From: Wolbachia endosymbiont of Dirofilaria (Dirofilaria) immitis
GTDB taxonomy: Bacteria; Pseudomonadota; Alphaproteobacteria; Rickettsiales; Anaplasmataceae
DNA: 32,000 bases
Assembly (NCBI RefSeq): GCF_013365455.1
Contig: NZ_CP046578.1
Location: forward strand, 390,001-422,000
Direction: 5' to 3'
Program-made: the position numbers and the translations under genes
The notes under the pieces: model-generated
The model's database searches: none
Told to the model about the DNA's origin: nothing
The model's input: the letters and a program-made list of their open reading frames with translations, nothing else
Shown here: one piece after another, positions 9,159 through 19,157 of the stretch
How the letters are laid out: every line of letters begins with the position of its first letter
Numbering within the stretch: the stretch's first letter is position 1

Positions 9159-10193
9159 CTATTTCTCCAAGCTTGTAAGAGGTAAATAAGAGAATATACC
9201 CTTTAAATCATCAGTGACAACAATTTTATCTACTTGACTTAGAATATTTTCCATGGTTTCAAGATAAATACGGCTCTTAACAAGAGAAGGATTATGCTTA
9301 TATTCTTTGTAAAGAGACGAAAAGCGATTTGCATTACCTTTTGCTTCATTTATTATCTCATTCTCATATGCTTCTGCATCTAATTTTATCTTAATTGCTT
9401 CACCTTTTGCTCGAGGTATAATATCATTACTGTAAGCATATGCTTCATTTATAATACGTTCTTTATCTGCACGAGCGCTTTGTACATCCCTGAACGAACT
9501 AATTACTTTTTCTGGTGGATCAATTTTTTTCATTTGAATAGATAGAATTTCTATACCCATTTGGTACCCATCAAGAATCTGTTGTAATAAAGTCTTAGTG
9601 TCTACAGGAATTTCTTGCCTACCTTGACCAAGCGCAAAAGAGATCGTATTTTTGCCTATTATTTCTCTCATAGCACTCTCAGCAGCATTTTTAACACTAA
9701 AACCGGGTTTATAATCTCGCACTTTGAATAAATAGTCCTTAGCGTCTTTCACACGCCATTGAACTTCAAAATTAACGTTGACTATATTTTCATCTCCAGT
9801 AAGCATTACACCTTCACCGCGATCTGCATCTCGTCCATAAGAACTACTAACCCCAATTTCTTCACGATTCACTTCTTTAACGTTTACTTTAAAAACTTTA
9901 CCAATGGGATAAGGTAAATGATAGCGCAAACCAGGTGTTTCTGTATTAGAATATTTACCAAAAATGAGTTCTATACCTTCTTCACTTGGATGAACAATAT
10001 AGAAGCCAGTACAAGCATAAAAGAATAAAATAACAAAAATGATCAAGTAAGGTTTCTTACTGTTATTTCTTGTTAAACCAGTAAAGAAACACCTTACTTC
10101 AGATATAGCTTTACTTAGAGCATCTCCATTGTTGGAGGTTTTATTCTTTGGTGTTTTTTTTCCTAAATTCCAAGGATTGTTTTCATCAAACAT
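9159..10193 (-). CDS. hflK: HflK, SPFH-domain modulator of FtsH
   Basis: Gly/Asn-rich start (NPWNLGKK), TM, SPFH domain, VISSFRDVQSARADKERIINEAYAYSNDIIPRAKGEA. Adjacent to hflC. Confidence 0.95.
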   Translation of the reverse strand: MFDENNPWNLGKKTPKNKTSNNGDALSKAISEVRCFFTGLTRNNSKKPYLIIFVILFFYACTGFYIVHPSEEGIELIFGKYSNTETPGLRYHLPYPIGKVFKVNVKEVNREEIGVSSSYGRDADRGEGVMLTGDENIVNVNFEVQWRVKDAKDYLFKVRDYKPGFSVKNAAESAMREIIGKNTISFALGQGRQEIPVDTKTLLQQILDGYQMGIEILSIQMKKIDPPEKVISSFRDVQSARADKERIINEAYAYSNDIIPRAKGEAIKIKLDAEAYENEIINEAKGNANRFSSLYKEYKHNPSLVKSRIYLETMENILSQVDKIVVTDDLKGIFSYLPLTSLEK

Positions 10194-10221
10194 AATGACT
10201 CACTCGATAATTAATACACTA

Positions 10222-10250
10222 ATATTACCTCTCTAGCAGGAAATTGCAAA
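10222..10250 (-). promoter_or_regulatory. Candidate sigma70-like promoter for hflK-hflC-htrA
   Basis: On the minus strand: TTTGCA, 17-nt spacer, TAATAT, shortly upstream of the hflK start. Confidence 0.35.
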
Positions 10251-10634
10251 TCTATTTTGTTCATAAGTTAATCATCGGAGTAGAAGATATGATTGTTGCT
10301 TTCTTTTTTCTGTGTGTATGGGGACTACTAACTTTATGGAATTTTCTGGCTTTATTTTAAATTTCTTGTTTTGGTTTTTAAGTGCACTGTATCTTTGTGA
10401 CAGTCAGGATGGTGGAAATGTTGAGACTACGTAACCAAAAAGTTTTAAGTGTTCTTTATTGTGTATCTTGTAAGGGCTTCAGTTCAAAGAACTTTTAGTT
10501 TTATTTTTATGCTTCTAAAAAGCATTTTCAGCAGAGCTATTCGTAGGTAAGTAAAACGCTAACGGTCAAGTTAATACTAACTTAAGAATTGAAGATGTAC
10601 AATACGAATGTATTTAATTAGAATGAGGTTTAAA

Positions 10635-11891
10635 ATGTTGAATCACGACAGAACAAATCTAGGTATTGTTAACACACAACTTCAGCGAAATCAGCAATAC
10701 AGCAACTCTACGCCTTTTTCAGGTGATCTATTGCAACAGATGCAATTATTAGAGAAGCGGGTAAAGTCATTAGAAGTAATGAACAAAGTGACTCTTGGTT
10801 TGTTAATAGGTATGGCTATGGCAGTGGGAACTGGTTTTGCTATTGCAGCTGCTCCAGTAATTGCCGGTAGCATAGTAGGTGGAATACTTGTAACTACAGC
10901 ATTTGTAGCACTTGGAGTAGCTATAAATAGACATAAGGTAGAAATAAAAAACGGTTTCAAATGTGCTGCAGATAAAACTAGAGATGGTGTTGTATGTGCT
11001 AGGGATTCAGTAAAAGAAGCTGTAAGTTGTATGAAGCAAGCAGTAAGAGAGGAGACTAGTTCTGCATTGAAAATAGTGGGGAACAAGATGAATGATTTTG
11101 GCAGAAATATGTCTGATTTAGATGAAATTTTGTATTCAGTAGGGCAGCAAGATCAAACTGTTGTTTTAAAAACGGAAGAAAAAACAAAAAATTTTAATAG
11201 TGTAAAGGAAATGTTCGTTAAGGAGGTTTTTGAAGACAAAACTGTAGGTAATTCTGTTTTAATGAAAAAGATATTCTCTGAGTTAAAGGGAAAAATATTA
11301 GAAAAAGCTTATTCTGTTGGTGGTCAGCAAGGTTTCAAAAAGGATCAGTTAATTAATCAATTGGGACAGCAAGCAGATTTTGTCAGTAAGTTAAATGCTA
11401 AGAAATTACTAAATTTATTAACTCAGAATGATAATAATCTTTATGAAATTTTCTCTGAACATCATGATGAAATTAAAAGAGTTGTTAAAAAATGTAAGAT
11501 AGAACATAAACTTTCTAATGTCATGGAAAAGCTTAATGGAGCTGCAAAAAGATATGTAGGCGAAAGAGGTTCGATGCAGTTTATTGACAGCTCGTTAGAA
11601 AATAGTTCATTGGATGTTGGTTCTATAAAAGCCGATACTGCTATTAACTCTAATTTAGGTTCTAAGAGATTTGTAACAATCAATTATAATCTTCTTAAAA
11701 GAAGCCCTTCATTTAATAGCTTAAATAGCAGTTCTGCTGGCAGTAGAATGAATCTACTTGGTTCTTCTTCAAAATCAGTCATGATTACCGGATTAGGTTG
11801 CAAGGTAAAACAACAACCTTCTACAAACATAGATGTTAGAACAGATGTTCAATTGCATACGCCTATGCAAGTAGTTGCAGCTAGTAGATAA
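10635..11891 (+). CDS. Uncharacterised protein with hydrophobic hairpin and long helical C-terminal region
   Basis: Track ORF begins at 10608; ATG 10635 (MLNHDRTNLG...) is an alternative start. Two hydrophobic segments: VTLGLLIGMAMAVGTGFAIAAAPVIAGSIVGGILVTTAFVALGVAI. Confidence 0.75.
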   Translation: MLNHDRTNLGIVNTQLQRNQQYSNSTPFSGDLLQQMQLLEKRVKSLEVMNKVTLGLLIGMAMAVGTGFAIAAAPVIAGSIVGGILVTTAFVALGVAINRHKVEIKNGFKCAADKTRDGVVCARDSVKEAVSCMKQAVREETSSALKIVGNKMNDFGRNMSDLDEILYSVGQQDQTVVLKTEEKTKNFNSVKEMFVKEVFEDKTVGNSVLMKKIFSELKGKILEKAYSVGGQQGFKKDQLINQLGQQADFVSKLNAKKLLNLLTQNDNNLYEIFSEHHDEIKRVVKKCKIEHKLSNVMEKLNGAAKRYVGERGSMQFIDSSLENSSLDVGSIKADTAINSNLGSKRFVTINYNLLKRSPSFNSLNSSSAGSRMNLLGSSSKSVMITGLGCKVKQQPSTNIDVRTDVQLHTPMQVVAASR

Positions 11892-11920
11892 GGATAAACA
11901 GAATTGCTTCCTTTCTCTAA

Positions 11921-11949
11921 AAGGATGTTACTCAATGAGTAACATCCTT
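11921..11949 (+). terminator. Perfect 13-bp stem, 3-nt loop hairpin downstream of the 10.6-11.9 kb ORF
   Basis: AAGGATGTTACTC-AAT-GAGTAACATCCTT, 30 nt after the stop codon. No tight T-run follows, so function as an intrinsic terminator is uncertain. Confidence 0.55.
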
Positions 11950-12148
11950 GCATATTTTACGTATATGGACATTTTGACTTACAGGTAATTTGAGTAGCAG
12001 GATAAGTTTCGTGTAAGTGCTAGTTACTTTTTTGATGAGGTGTTTTTAAACTACGATTACAGGACCTTAAAAGAAACTTCTTATCTATTTTCTCTTGATG
12101 AATTAATTCAAGTAAAGTATAGTAGCAATGGCGTTTATGCAGGTTTTT

Positions 12149-12484
12149 ATGGGTAATATAGTTTTAGTTTATGTGACTTTTTCAAATTTAGAGGAAGCTA
12201 AGACTATCTCTAAAGAATTATTAAACGAGAAGTTAATTATATGTGTAAACATATTTCCTGGGGTAAATTCTCTATATTTATGGGAAGGTAAAATTCATAA
12301 TAGTTGTGAAGTAGTAACAATTATGAAAGGTAGAAGCGTTCAAGTGGATAAAATTATAAAAAAAATTGAGGTAATGCATTCTTATGATCAGCCAGCCGTT
12401 ATAATAATACCAATAGAAAAGGCAAATAAATCTTTTACCAATTGGGTTGATAATGTTATTACTGTAGACAGTATTGGGGTGTAG
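12149..12484 (+). CDS. cutA: CutA-family divalent-cation tolerance protein
   Basis: VLVYVTFSNLEEAKTISKELLNEKLIICVNIFPGVNSLYLWEGKI...EVVTIMKG...HSYDQPAVIIIPI. Track start is 12128; ATG 12149 (MGNIVLVYVT) fits better. Confidence 0.9.
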   Translation: MGNIVLVYVTFSNLEEAKTISKELLNEKLIICVNIFPGVNSLYLWEGKIHNSCEVVTIMKGRSVQVDKIIKKIEVMHSYDQPAVIIIPIEKANKSFTNWVDNVITVDSIGV

Positions 12485-12549
12485 CCAAGTGGTAAGGTAG
12501 CGGTTTTTGGTACCGCCACGCGAAGGTTCGAATCCTTCCACCCCAGCCA
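12475..12549 (+). tRNA. tRNA-Gln (anticodon TTG), with CCA encoded
   Basis: Acceptor TGGGGTG (12475-12481) pairs with CACCCCA (12539-12545), then G and CCA. Anticodon arm GCGGT-TTTTGGT-ACCGC; T loop GGTTCGAATCC. Confidence 0.95.
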
Positions 12550-12568
12550 ATATTGAAGAGGATGTAAA

Positions 12569-13120
12569 ATGATATCGCTTTTCTATAAATTAAGGCTATT
12601 GAGTTACATACTAAGTAATTTAAAAGATATAACTGCAAAGCTATTCTTTTTTATAATCTACCTTTATATATCCAGTATTGTACTCATGTTTCTCAGCAGT
12701 GGCTTTTGGTATACTGTAAAATGTGGCTCTTTTAAAAGTGCATTTTATTATTTACTTCAATATTATAAATGGTATTCTAGAAACAGAGGAAACCTTAGTT
12801 ATGGAATTTACTTTAGGATGTTAGTGGCATTTCTTGCTCCTCATTTTTTTTATAAATTATTCCTAAATATAGGACGGAAACTTTTCTTAAAGAAAAAGGT
12901 AAAACAGATACTTAGATTTGTAATTGAAGGTAAAAGAAGTAGTAAAGTAAATGATAGTGTCTATAGCAGCAAAAGTCATTGTAGTTACAATGATGAAGAT
13001 CATGTTCAAGAAAAACAGAAAGTAGCCATGATAAGGCAGCTTTTAGTCGAAGATATAGAAAAAACTATAGATAAAAGACTAAATGATATTTTTTTTAGTG
13101 AAAGGGGAAAATCTCATTGA
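12569..13120 (+). CDS. Uncharacterised membrane protein, 183 aa
   Basis: Intact ORF with GAGG-type ribosome-binding site. Hydrophobic stretches LFFFIIYLYISSIVLMFLSSGFW and YFRMLVAFLAPHFFYKLFL, then a charged C-terminus. Confidence 0.65.
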   Translation: MISLFYKLRLLSYILSNLKDITAKLFFFIIYLYISSIVLMFLSSGFWYTVKCGSFKSAFYYLLQYYKWYSRNRGNLSYGIYFRMLVAFLAPHFFYKLFLNIGRKLFLKKKVKQILRFVIEGKRSSKVNDSVYSSKSHCSYNDEDHVQEKQKVAMIRQLLVEDIEKTIDKRLNDIFFSERGKSH

Positions 13121-13714
13121 GTATATAGAGACTTCATCTATTTTTTAGTAAAGCTTTTTAGAATTAGCTGTATTTTATTTTTCAGACATACTTAGTTATA
13201 ATTGACTAGTGCACATGCTATGGTGAAGTCTAGGCTAAAGTCGATAACAAAAAATATCTTTGCATCTTTCTACTAAGCTTTCCGTTTTTACAGTTGCTTG
13301 TTGCATTAATTATTGCTTGTATTAACTTCTACAGTATATAATACTGTTTATTATTAATGTACTGCTTGTTTCGTAATAGCAAAAAGCTCTTTAGAAACTA
13401 AAGCTACTTAATATATATACAGTACCCTTTTAGATTAAAATTCAAATTTAAAGTGATTTAAGCTTGGCTGCATTATATACTATAATTTATTTATTACATT
13501 TTAGCATAGGTAAAGTTTCTTTTTAGTGAACTCAATACGTAATTGTATGTTATCACTAAAGTAATTTGTTAATTACTTTCTAAAGGTGTCATTTCCTATA
13601 CCATCTGTTTATAAATTTGCTCTGACTACCTCAAAGAAAAATAATAGATACTGTAACTTTTTATATATATATTACTGACAAATATTATTTTTCTGCTTCG
13701 TTTTTTTATCCTTT

Positions 13715-13766
13715 AAAAAGAGAAAAGAAGCACCTTGGAGCAAGTAGACCTCTTGCCCCAAAGCTT
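13715..13766 (-). terminator. Candidate intrinsic terminator after groEL
   Basis: Minus strand: AAGCTTTGGGGCAAG-loop-CTTGCTCCAAGGTGCTTC followed by TTTTCTCTTTTT. The hairpin has one G-T pair and a small bulge. Confidence 0.6.
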
Positions 13767-13775
13767 CATATTCAT

Positions 13776-15428
13776 TTAAAATTCATTCATTCTACCCATT
13801 CCACCTGCACTCATAGGAGATGAAGCATTTTCGTCCTTACTTGGTACATCAACTATCATAGACTCAGTAGTAATCAGTACACTTGCAACAGATATCGCTG
13901 TTTCAAAAGCAATACGGACAACTTTTGCCGGATCAATAACACCAGCGGTAAACGCATTAACGTAGTTCATAGCCTCAACATTATATATAAGCTCTTTATT
14001 ATTCTGTTTAATCAAATAGTCAATTATAACAGCAGACTCAAGACCAGCATTTTTGACTAATCTCTTAATAGGAACATTAAGAACTTTTTTGATAATATTT
14101 ATACCTATTTGTTCTTCATCTCCTGCACCTTTTAACTTATCAAGAGCAGATGAAGCGTAAAGAAGTGCAACCCCACCACCTGGAACTATACCTTCTTCAA
14201 TTGCAGCTCTTGTTGCATGCAGCGCATCTTCAACCCTATCTCTACGTTCCTTAACCTCTAATTCAGTTGCTCCACCAACTTTTAGCACAGCAACACCACC
14301 TGATAATTTTGCTAAACGTTCTCTTAATTTCTCTTTATCGTAATCAGAGGTTGAAGATTCAATTTGAGATTTGATCTGCTCAATTCTAGCTTTTACTCTG
14401 TTGGTGACTTTATTTTCACTGACAATTGTAGTATTGTCTTTAGTAATTTTAACATTCTTAGCAATACCAAGATCTTCGAGAGTTAGATCTTCCATCTTGA
14501 TTCCAAGCTCATCCTTTATGACATATTTAGCACCGGTTAAAGCTGCTATGTCTTCGAGCATCTCCTTTCTTCTGTCACCAAAACCTGGGGCTTTTACTGC
14601 GGCGACTTTTAGACCACCACGCAACTTATTAATGACTAGAGTACTTAATGCTTCACCTTCAATGTCTTCCGCAATGATGAGCAAAGGTTTACCAGACTTA
14701 ACAACAGCTTCAAGAATAGAAAGCAAAGGCTGTATGATATTGAGTTTTTTTTCTGTAATTAAGAGATATGGATCATCAAGCTCCACTATCATTTTCTCAT
14801 TGTTTGTAATAAAGTATGGAGAAAGATAGCCACGGTCAAACTGCATACCAGTAGTAAGCTCAACCTCTAGTTCTTTTGAGCCTTTACTTTCTTCAACAGT
14901 AATCACACCTTCTTTGCCAACCTTTTTGACAGCATCAGCAATATTACTACCAATGCTCCTATCACCATTTGCAGAAATGATAGCAACTTGAGCTACCTCA
15001 TCTATTTTTTCTAAAGAAATTGTGCGAGACATTGATGCAACTTCCTTTAATACTACATCCTTTGCCTTTTGCATTCCGTTTTTAATACCAACACGATCGT
15101 TTCCAGCAGCAATTGATTTTGAAGCCTCCATTATCATGCTACTAGTTAATATTGAGCATGTTGTTGTACCATCGCCAACTTTGTCATTACATTGAGAGCA
15201 ACTTTGAGCAAAGATGCTTGTTATTGCAGCGTTCAATGGTTTTTCAGGCTTGATGCCTTTCATTACTTTATAACCATCTTTTGTAATTTCTGGTGCCCCA
15301 TAAGGCTTATTAATCCCTACTGTTTTTCCTCTAGGTCCTGCAGTTATTGCTACTGTTGAGTCTATTACTGCTGCAACTTCACGGAAAGCCTGTTGTAACT
15401 GCTCGCCTGATACTACTACATTAGTCAT
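13776..15428 (-). CDS. groEL: 60-kDa chaperonin GroEL
   Basis: Full-length, near-textbook GroEL: [69 protein letters not shown]. Confidence 0.99.
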   Translation of the reverse strand: MTNVVVSGEQLQQAFREVAAVIDSTVAITAGPRGKTVGINKPYGAPEITKDGYKVMKGIKPEKPLNAAITSIFAQSCSQCNDKVGDGTTTCSILTSSMIMEASKSIAAGNDRVGIKNGMQKAKDVVLKEVASMSRTISLEKIDEVAQVAIISANGDRSIGSNIADAVKKVGKEGVITVEESKGSKELEVELTTGMQFDRGYLSPYFITNNEKMIVELDDPYLLITEKKLNIIQPLLSILEAVVKSGKPLLIIAEDIEGEALSTLVINKLRGGLKVAAVKAPGFGDRRKEMLEDIAALTGAKYVIKDELGIKMEDLTLEDLGIAKNVKITKDNTTIVSENKVTNRVKARIEQIKSQIESSTSDYDKEKLRERLAKLSGGVAVLKVGGATELEVKERRDRVEDALHATRAAIEEGIVPGGGVALLYASSALDKLKGAGDEEQIGINIIKKVLNVPIKRLVKNAGLESAVIIDYLIKQNNKELIYNVEAMNYVNAFTAGVIDPAKVVRIAFETAISVASVLITTESMIVDVPSKDENASSPMSAGGMGRMNEF

Positions 15429-15529
15429 CTTTATAACTCCTTAATTAATAAAAAAAACTTAGAAAACTATAATAAAATTATTTGTAATATGCTATACTGT
15501 GTTTTATTATTTAATAAAACTAAAGACTG

Positions 15530-15820
15530 TTACTTAACGATAGCAAGTATATCGGACTCTTTCATTACGATAAACTTTTCATCACCGTGCTCTATCTCTG
15601 TGCCAGCCCATTGACGATAAAACACTTTATCACCAATTTTTACAGTTAAGGACACGCGCTCACCACTTGTGCTACGTGAACCTTCACCAACTGCTATAAC
15701 TTCACCCTTAGTAGGTTTTTTTTCAGCACTTGATGGAAGCACAATTCCACTTTGCTTTTCTTCGCTGATAGGCTTAATTAGAACACTATCATCTAGTACA
15801 TTTAAGTTTACGCTTGACAT
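15530..15820 (-). CDS. groES: 10-kDa co-chaperonin GroES
   Basis: [40 protein letters not shown]...[32 protein letters not shown], directly upstream of groEL. Confidence 0.98.
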   Translation of the reverse strand: MSSVNLNVLDDSVLIKPISEEKQSGIVLPSSAEKKPTKGEVIAVGEGSRSTSGERVSLTVKIGDKVFYRQWAGTEIEHGDEKFIVMKESDILAIVK

Positions 15821-15857
15821 TTGTTTTCCCTCATCAACAAATTAACCTATAAGCTTA

Positions 15858-15885
15858 TATATGTACTAGTAAGTTAGATTTCAAG
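15858..15885 (-). promoter_or_regulatory. Candidate RpoH (sigma32)-type promoter for groESL
   Basis: Minus strand CTTG-N18-CATATAT, close to the alphaproteobacterial RpoH consensus CTTG-N17/18-CYTATNT, 38 nt upstream of the groES ATG. Confidence 0.55.
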
Positions 15886-15956
15886 GGCTTAAACTCTTTA
15901 AATATTAGAAGACGAGAAGCATTTAGTATTGTATAGTAAAATTTAGGCTTATTAAT

Positions 15957-16763
15957 ATGAATTGCATGAGTTACATACCATTACAAAGCCGTAGTGCAGT
16001 AATTCTGTATGGGCAAGATACGAGAGATTTTCTGCAAGGCATTATAACAAACGATATCAACAATTTAGGTAGACAAAAAGCTATTTACTCTTTACTGCTT
16101 AATTCTCAGGGAAAATACTTATACGATTTTTTTCTTGTTGAATATGGTAAATATATTTTACTAGAATGTGAGAATATATACCTACAGCCAATGATTGAGA
16201 AACTAAATCTGCTTAAAACTTATCTGAAAGTGAAGATTAAAGACGTTAGTACTCTATATAAGGTTGGAGTTTTATTTAATACTCAGTTAACAGAACATAG
16301 TAATGAGTCGCAGGTTATTTTTCAGGATCCAAGACACAAATCTTTGGGAATGAGAATAATACATAAGGATGAAATAAAGCAGCCAGTTGAGAATTTTATT
16401 CACTATGAGAGGGTGAGAATTCAAAATCTTATTCCGGATGGAGTGAAAGACATGGTGCAAAATTCATCATTTCCGTTGCAATATTTAATTGATAAAGTAA
16501 ACGGTATAAGCTTTAATAAGGGATGTTATATAGGCCAGGAAGTGGTAAATCGAATGAGCAGGCAGGAAATATTTAGAAGGAAACTTTACTCTGTTAAAGG
16601 AAATAATGTACTTCCGAATATTGGTACTAAAATAATAAATGAAAATAATGAAGAAGTAGGAGAACTGCGCTCTAGTGTAGACAAAATCGGGCTTGCATTG
16701 CTTAATACTGCAAAAAGCTATGCAAGTTTGTACGCTGATGAAGTGAAGATATTTGTTTGCTAA
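15957..16763 (+). CDS. ygfZ: YgfZ/GcvT-like folate-binding protein
   Basis: Family signature GCYIGQEVVNR (K-G-C-[YF]-x-G-Q-E) and RVRIQNLIPDGVKD. N-terminal LQGIITNDINNL segment. Confidence 0.9.
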   Translation: MNCMSYIPLQSRSAVILYGQDTRDFLQGIITNDINNLGRQKAIYSLLLNSQGKYLYDFFLVEYGKYILLECENIYLQPMIEKLNLLKTYLKVKIKDVSTLYKVGVLFNTQLTEHSNESQVIFQDPRHKSLGMRIIHKDEIKQPVENFIHYERVRIQNLIPDGVKDMVQNSSFPLQYLIDKVNGISFNKGCYIGQEVVNRMSRQEIFRRKLYSVKGNNVLPNIGTKIINENNEEVGELRSSVDKIGLALLNTAKSYASLYADEVKIFVC

Positions 16764-17173
16764 AACATTGAGACTTGTAGATAAAGCCTTAAGGTGACGA
16801 ATAACATTAATTGTAAAACAAAGCTATAAGAACTGCTTAACAAGTTTCAGCAATTACATTAGCATATTAGTTAGCGTTCAGTTTATTTCTAGCTCATAAC
16901 TTATTTTTGATCTACAGGTTCACTCAAAAAAACTAAAAGTGTTTTTAGTGAATTATATGAAATTATAGCAACTACTTATCTTTAAATTAAGCACTAGTGG
17001 AGAATTGCTTTTTTAAAGAGTTAATAAGATTTACAAGTGAATGGTGTTATCTAAGTCACTAGTTCCATAGAGGATTTAAGAAAAAAGTATTAAAATATTT
17101 TCTTATGCCATATATTTTTCTTTCCTGTATACACAAAAGTTAGGTAGCATTATAAATAAGATTTTTTTGTGTT

Positions 17174-18535
17174 TTGATGCTTTCTAGCTTTATATTTCCA
17201 GGATTAAGTTTTTTCTTCTTACTGTTACTTTACTATGTTAATATAAGAAAAAATAGGGAACTAAACAAAGAAAAAATAAATGTAGCAAGTCTTGAAAGTA
17301 CTTTATGTAAACTAGAGCATGAACTTCAAGAGGTGAAACAGATTTTACTATATAAAAATGAGGAAATAATAAACTTAAAAGTTAGCAACGCAGAACTTGG
17401 AGTAACCTTGCGAAAAGAACGTGAAGAAAAGAAAAGAGAAATAGAGTTATTAACGGAAGCGGAAAAAAGGCTCACAAATACTTTTAAAGCACTGTCTCTT
17501 GATGCTTTACAGGTGAATAGTAGTAATTTTCTGAGCTTAGCGAATGAAGCAATTAGTAGTAAATTAAGAGAGACAGAGGGCGATCTTAAAAAAGGACAGA
17601 CAACAATTAATGAAGTTGTAGCTCCAATAAAAGAGAGGTTGGAAAAATTTGATAGTGAAATACGTGAGCTAGAAAAGGAAAGGATAGGAGCTTACGAAGG
17701 TTTAAAAGAGCAAATTGGATTGTTAATAAACCAAACTTCCAGTCTTGCTAATGCTTTAAGGAAACCTCACATCAAGGGGAAGTGGGGTGAAATACAATTA
17801 AAAAGAGTGGTAGAAATGGCGGGAATGATTGAGTACTGTGATTTTTTTACTCAGCCGTCAGTAGTTGATAAAAATGAGGATAATTTATTACGCCCTGACT
17901 TAATAATCAAGATGCCCTCTGGGAAACAAATAATAATAGATGCTAAAGTGCCGCTTGATTCTTATCTTGATGCTATGTCACAAAATGATTTAAGAATACA
18001 AAGAGAGAAATTAAGAAGTCATTCCTTGGCAATAAAAAGGCATATAAGCAACTTAAGTAAAAAAGAGTATTGGAATCAGTTTAAAAATACGCCAGAGCTT
18101 GTGGTGCTTTTCTTAACAGGGGAAGGAGTTTTTAGTGCAGCATTGGAACATGAACCTGCTTTAATAGAGATTGGAATAGAGAAAAAAGTGATTATTGCAA
18201 CACCGATTACTTTAATCGCGCTATTGAGGACGATAGCATATGGCTGGAAGCAGGAAATGATAGCTGAAAGTTCGAAAAAAATCAGTGAATTGGGACATAT
18301 TTTGTATGAACGCATCTGTACAATGGGTGAGAATTTTGATAATTTGAGGAAAAGCTTAAAAAGTTCTGTTGATTATTATAATAAAACTGCTAGTTCGCTT
18401 GAAGCAAGAGTATTTCCTGTTGCTAGAAAGTTTAATAAGCTTGGTGTACACGCGAAAAATAAGGAGTTAAGCGTTGTAAAAGAACTTGAATTTCTACCAC
18501 GTACCTTGTATGCTGAGGAGCTAAAAGTGGATTAG
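17174..18535 (+). CDS. rmuC: RmuC-family DNA recombination protein
   Basis: N-terminal TM plus coiled coil, then GKWGEIQLKRVVEMAGM, KQIIIDAKVPLDSYLDA, VVLFLTGEGVFSAALEHEP, VIIATPITLIALLRTIAYGW. Confidence 0.95.
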   Translation: MMLSSFIFPGLSFFFLLLLYYVNIRKNRELNKEKINVASLESTLCKLEHELQEVKQILLYKNEEIINLKVSNAELGVTLRKEREEKKREIELLTEAEKRLTNTFKALSLDALQVNSSNFLSLANEAISSKLRETEGDLKKGQTTINEVVAPIKERLEKFDSEIRELEKERIGAYEGLKEQIGLLINQTSSLANALRKPHIKGKWGEIQLKRVVEMAGMIEYCDFFTQPSVVDKNEDNLLRPDLIIKMPSGKQIIIDAKVPLDSYLDAMSQNDLRIQREKLRSHSLAIKRHISNLSKKEYWNQFKNTPELVVLFLTGEGVFSAALEHEPALIEIGIEKKVIIATPITLIALLRTIAYGWKQEMIAESSKKISELGHILYERICTMGENFDNLRKSLKSSVDYYNKTASSLEARVFPVARKFNKLGVHAKNKELSVVKELEFLPRTLYAEELKVD

Positions 18536-19025
18536 GTTTCTTAAGTTTATTTCTGTCATCTAGGCATTACCTCGGCTGCTATTTTCTTCAACTTGCTCTG
18601 TAAAAGTTTTTCTTATTTATTCATTGCTAAAGTGGCTTAGCAATTCACATGCAGCAACAGCGACTGCAGTCAAAAACGCTCTTAGTAGTTGTACCTAAAA
18701 TTCTATCAAGTTTCCCTGTAATAACATTTTTTTATTCTCACCAGTAACTTTTCCGTTCTTCCTAGATCCATCCTATAAGTAATGAAAGACTTTGTCGTTA
18801 GTGGCCTTCATTTTAAGGAAATCCTATTTATGTGTTTATGTGTCGTTTCCGTCTATGACTTAAGTACTTAGTGCTTATTAGTTCCTTCTATTGCTGGGCA
18901 AGCATATCACTTAACACTTCCTCTTCTATTAATTATTTCCTTCTTCAAAAAAAAAAAGAATTTATGTGCGGCTTAATTAAAGTTCTCAACAATTAATATT
19001 TGTAATACAAAGAGATTGATTAACC

Positions 19026-19157
19026 TCAATAAAGGTCATTTATAACTTCCGTACTAGCTAAACCTATAGGGAATCGTGTAGTTGCTGATTTTGATTTTCC
19101 TAATCCTTTAAACTGATTGCTGATAATTCTTTTACTTGATTTAAGAGAAATTTTAAC
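19026..19157 (-). pseudogene. Possible remnant of a degraded coding region
   Basis: Minus-strand open stretch VKISLKSSKRIISNQFKGLGKSKSATTRFPIGLASTEVINDLY* with protein-like composition, but no proper start. Confidence 0.3.

Noticed and set aside
10691-11086. 131-aa minus-strand ORF
   Set aside because: Antisense to the hydrophobic coding part of the 10.6-11.9 kb ORF, with no independent support.
12278-12550. 90-aa minus-strand ORF beginning MAGVEGFEPSRGGTKNRYLTTWLHP
   Set aside because: This is the well-known spurious peptide from antisense translation of a tRNA gene (tRNA-Gln) and the rest is antisense to cutA.
14371-14829. 152-aa plus-strand ORF
   Set aside because: Entirely antisense to the strongly conserved groEL coding sequence.
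16919-16952. Imperfect hairpin TTCACTCAAAAAAACTAAAAGTGTTTTTAGTGAA
   Set aside because: A/T-dominated with a bulge and far (~155 nt) from the upstream gene. Too weak to call a terminator.
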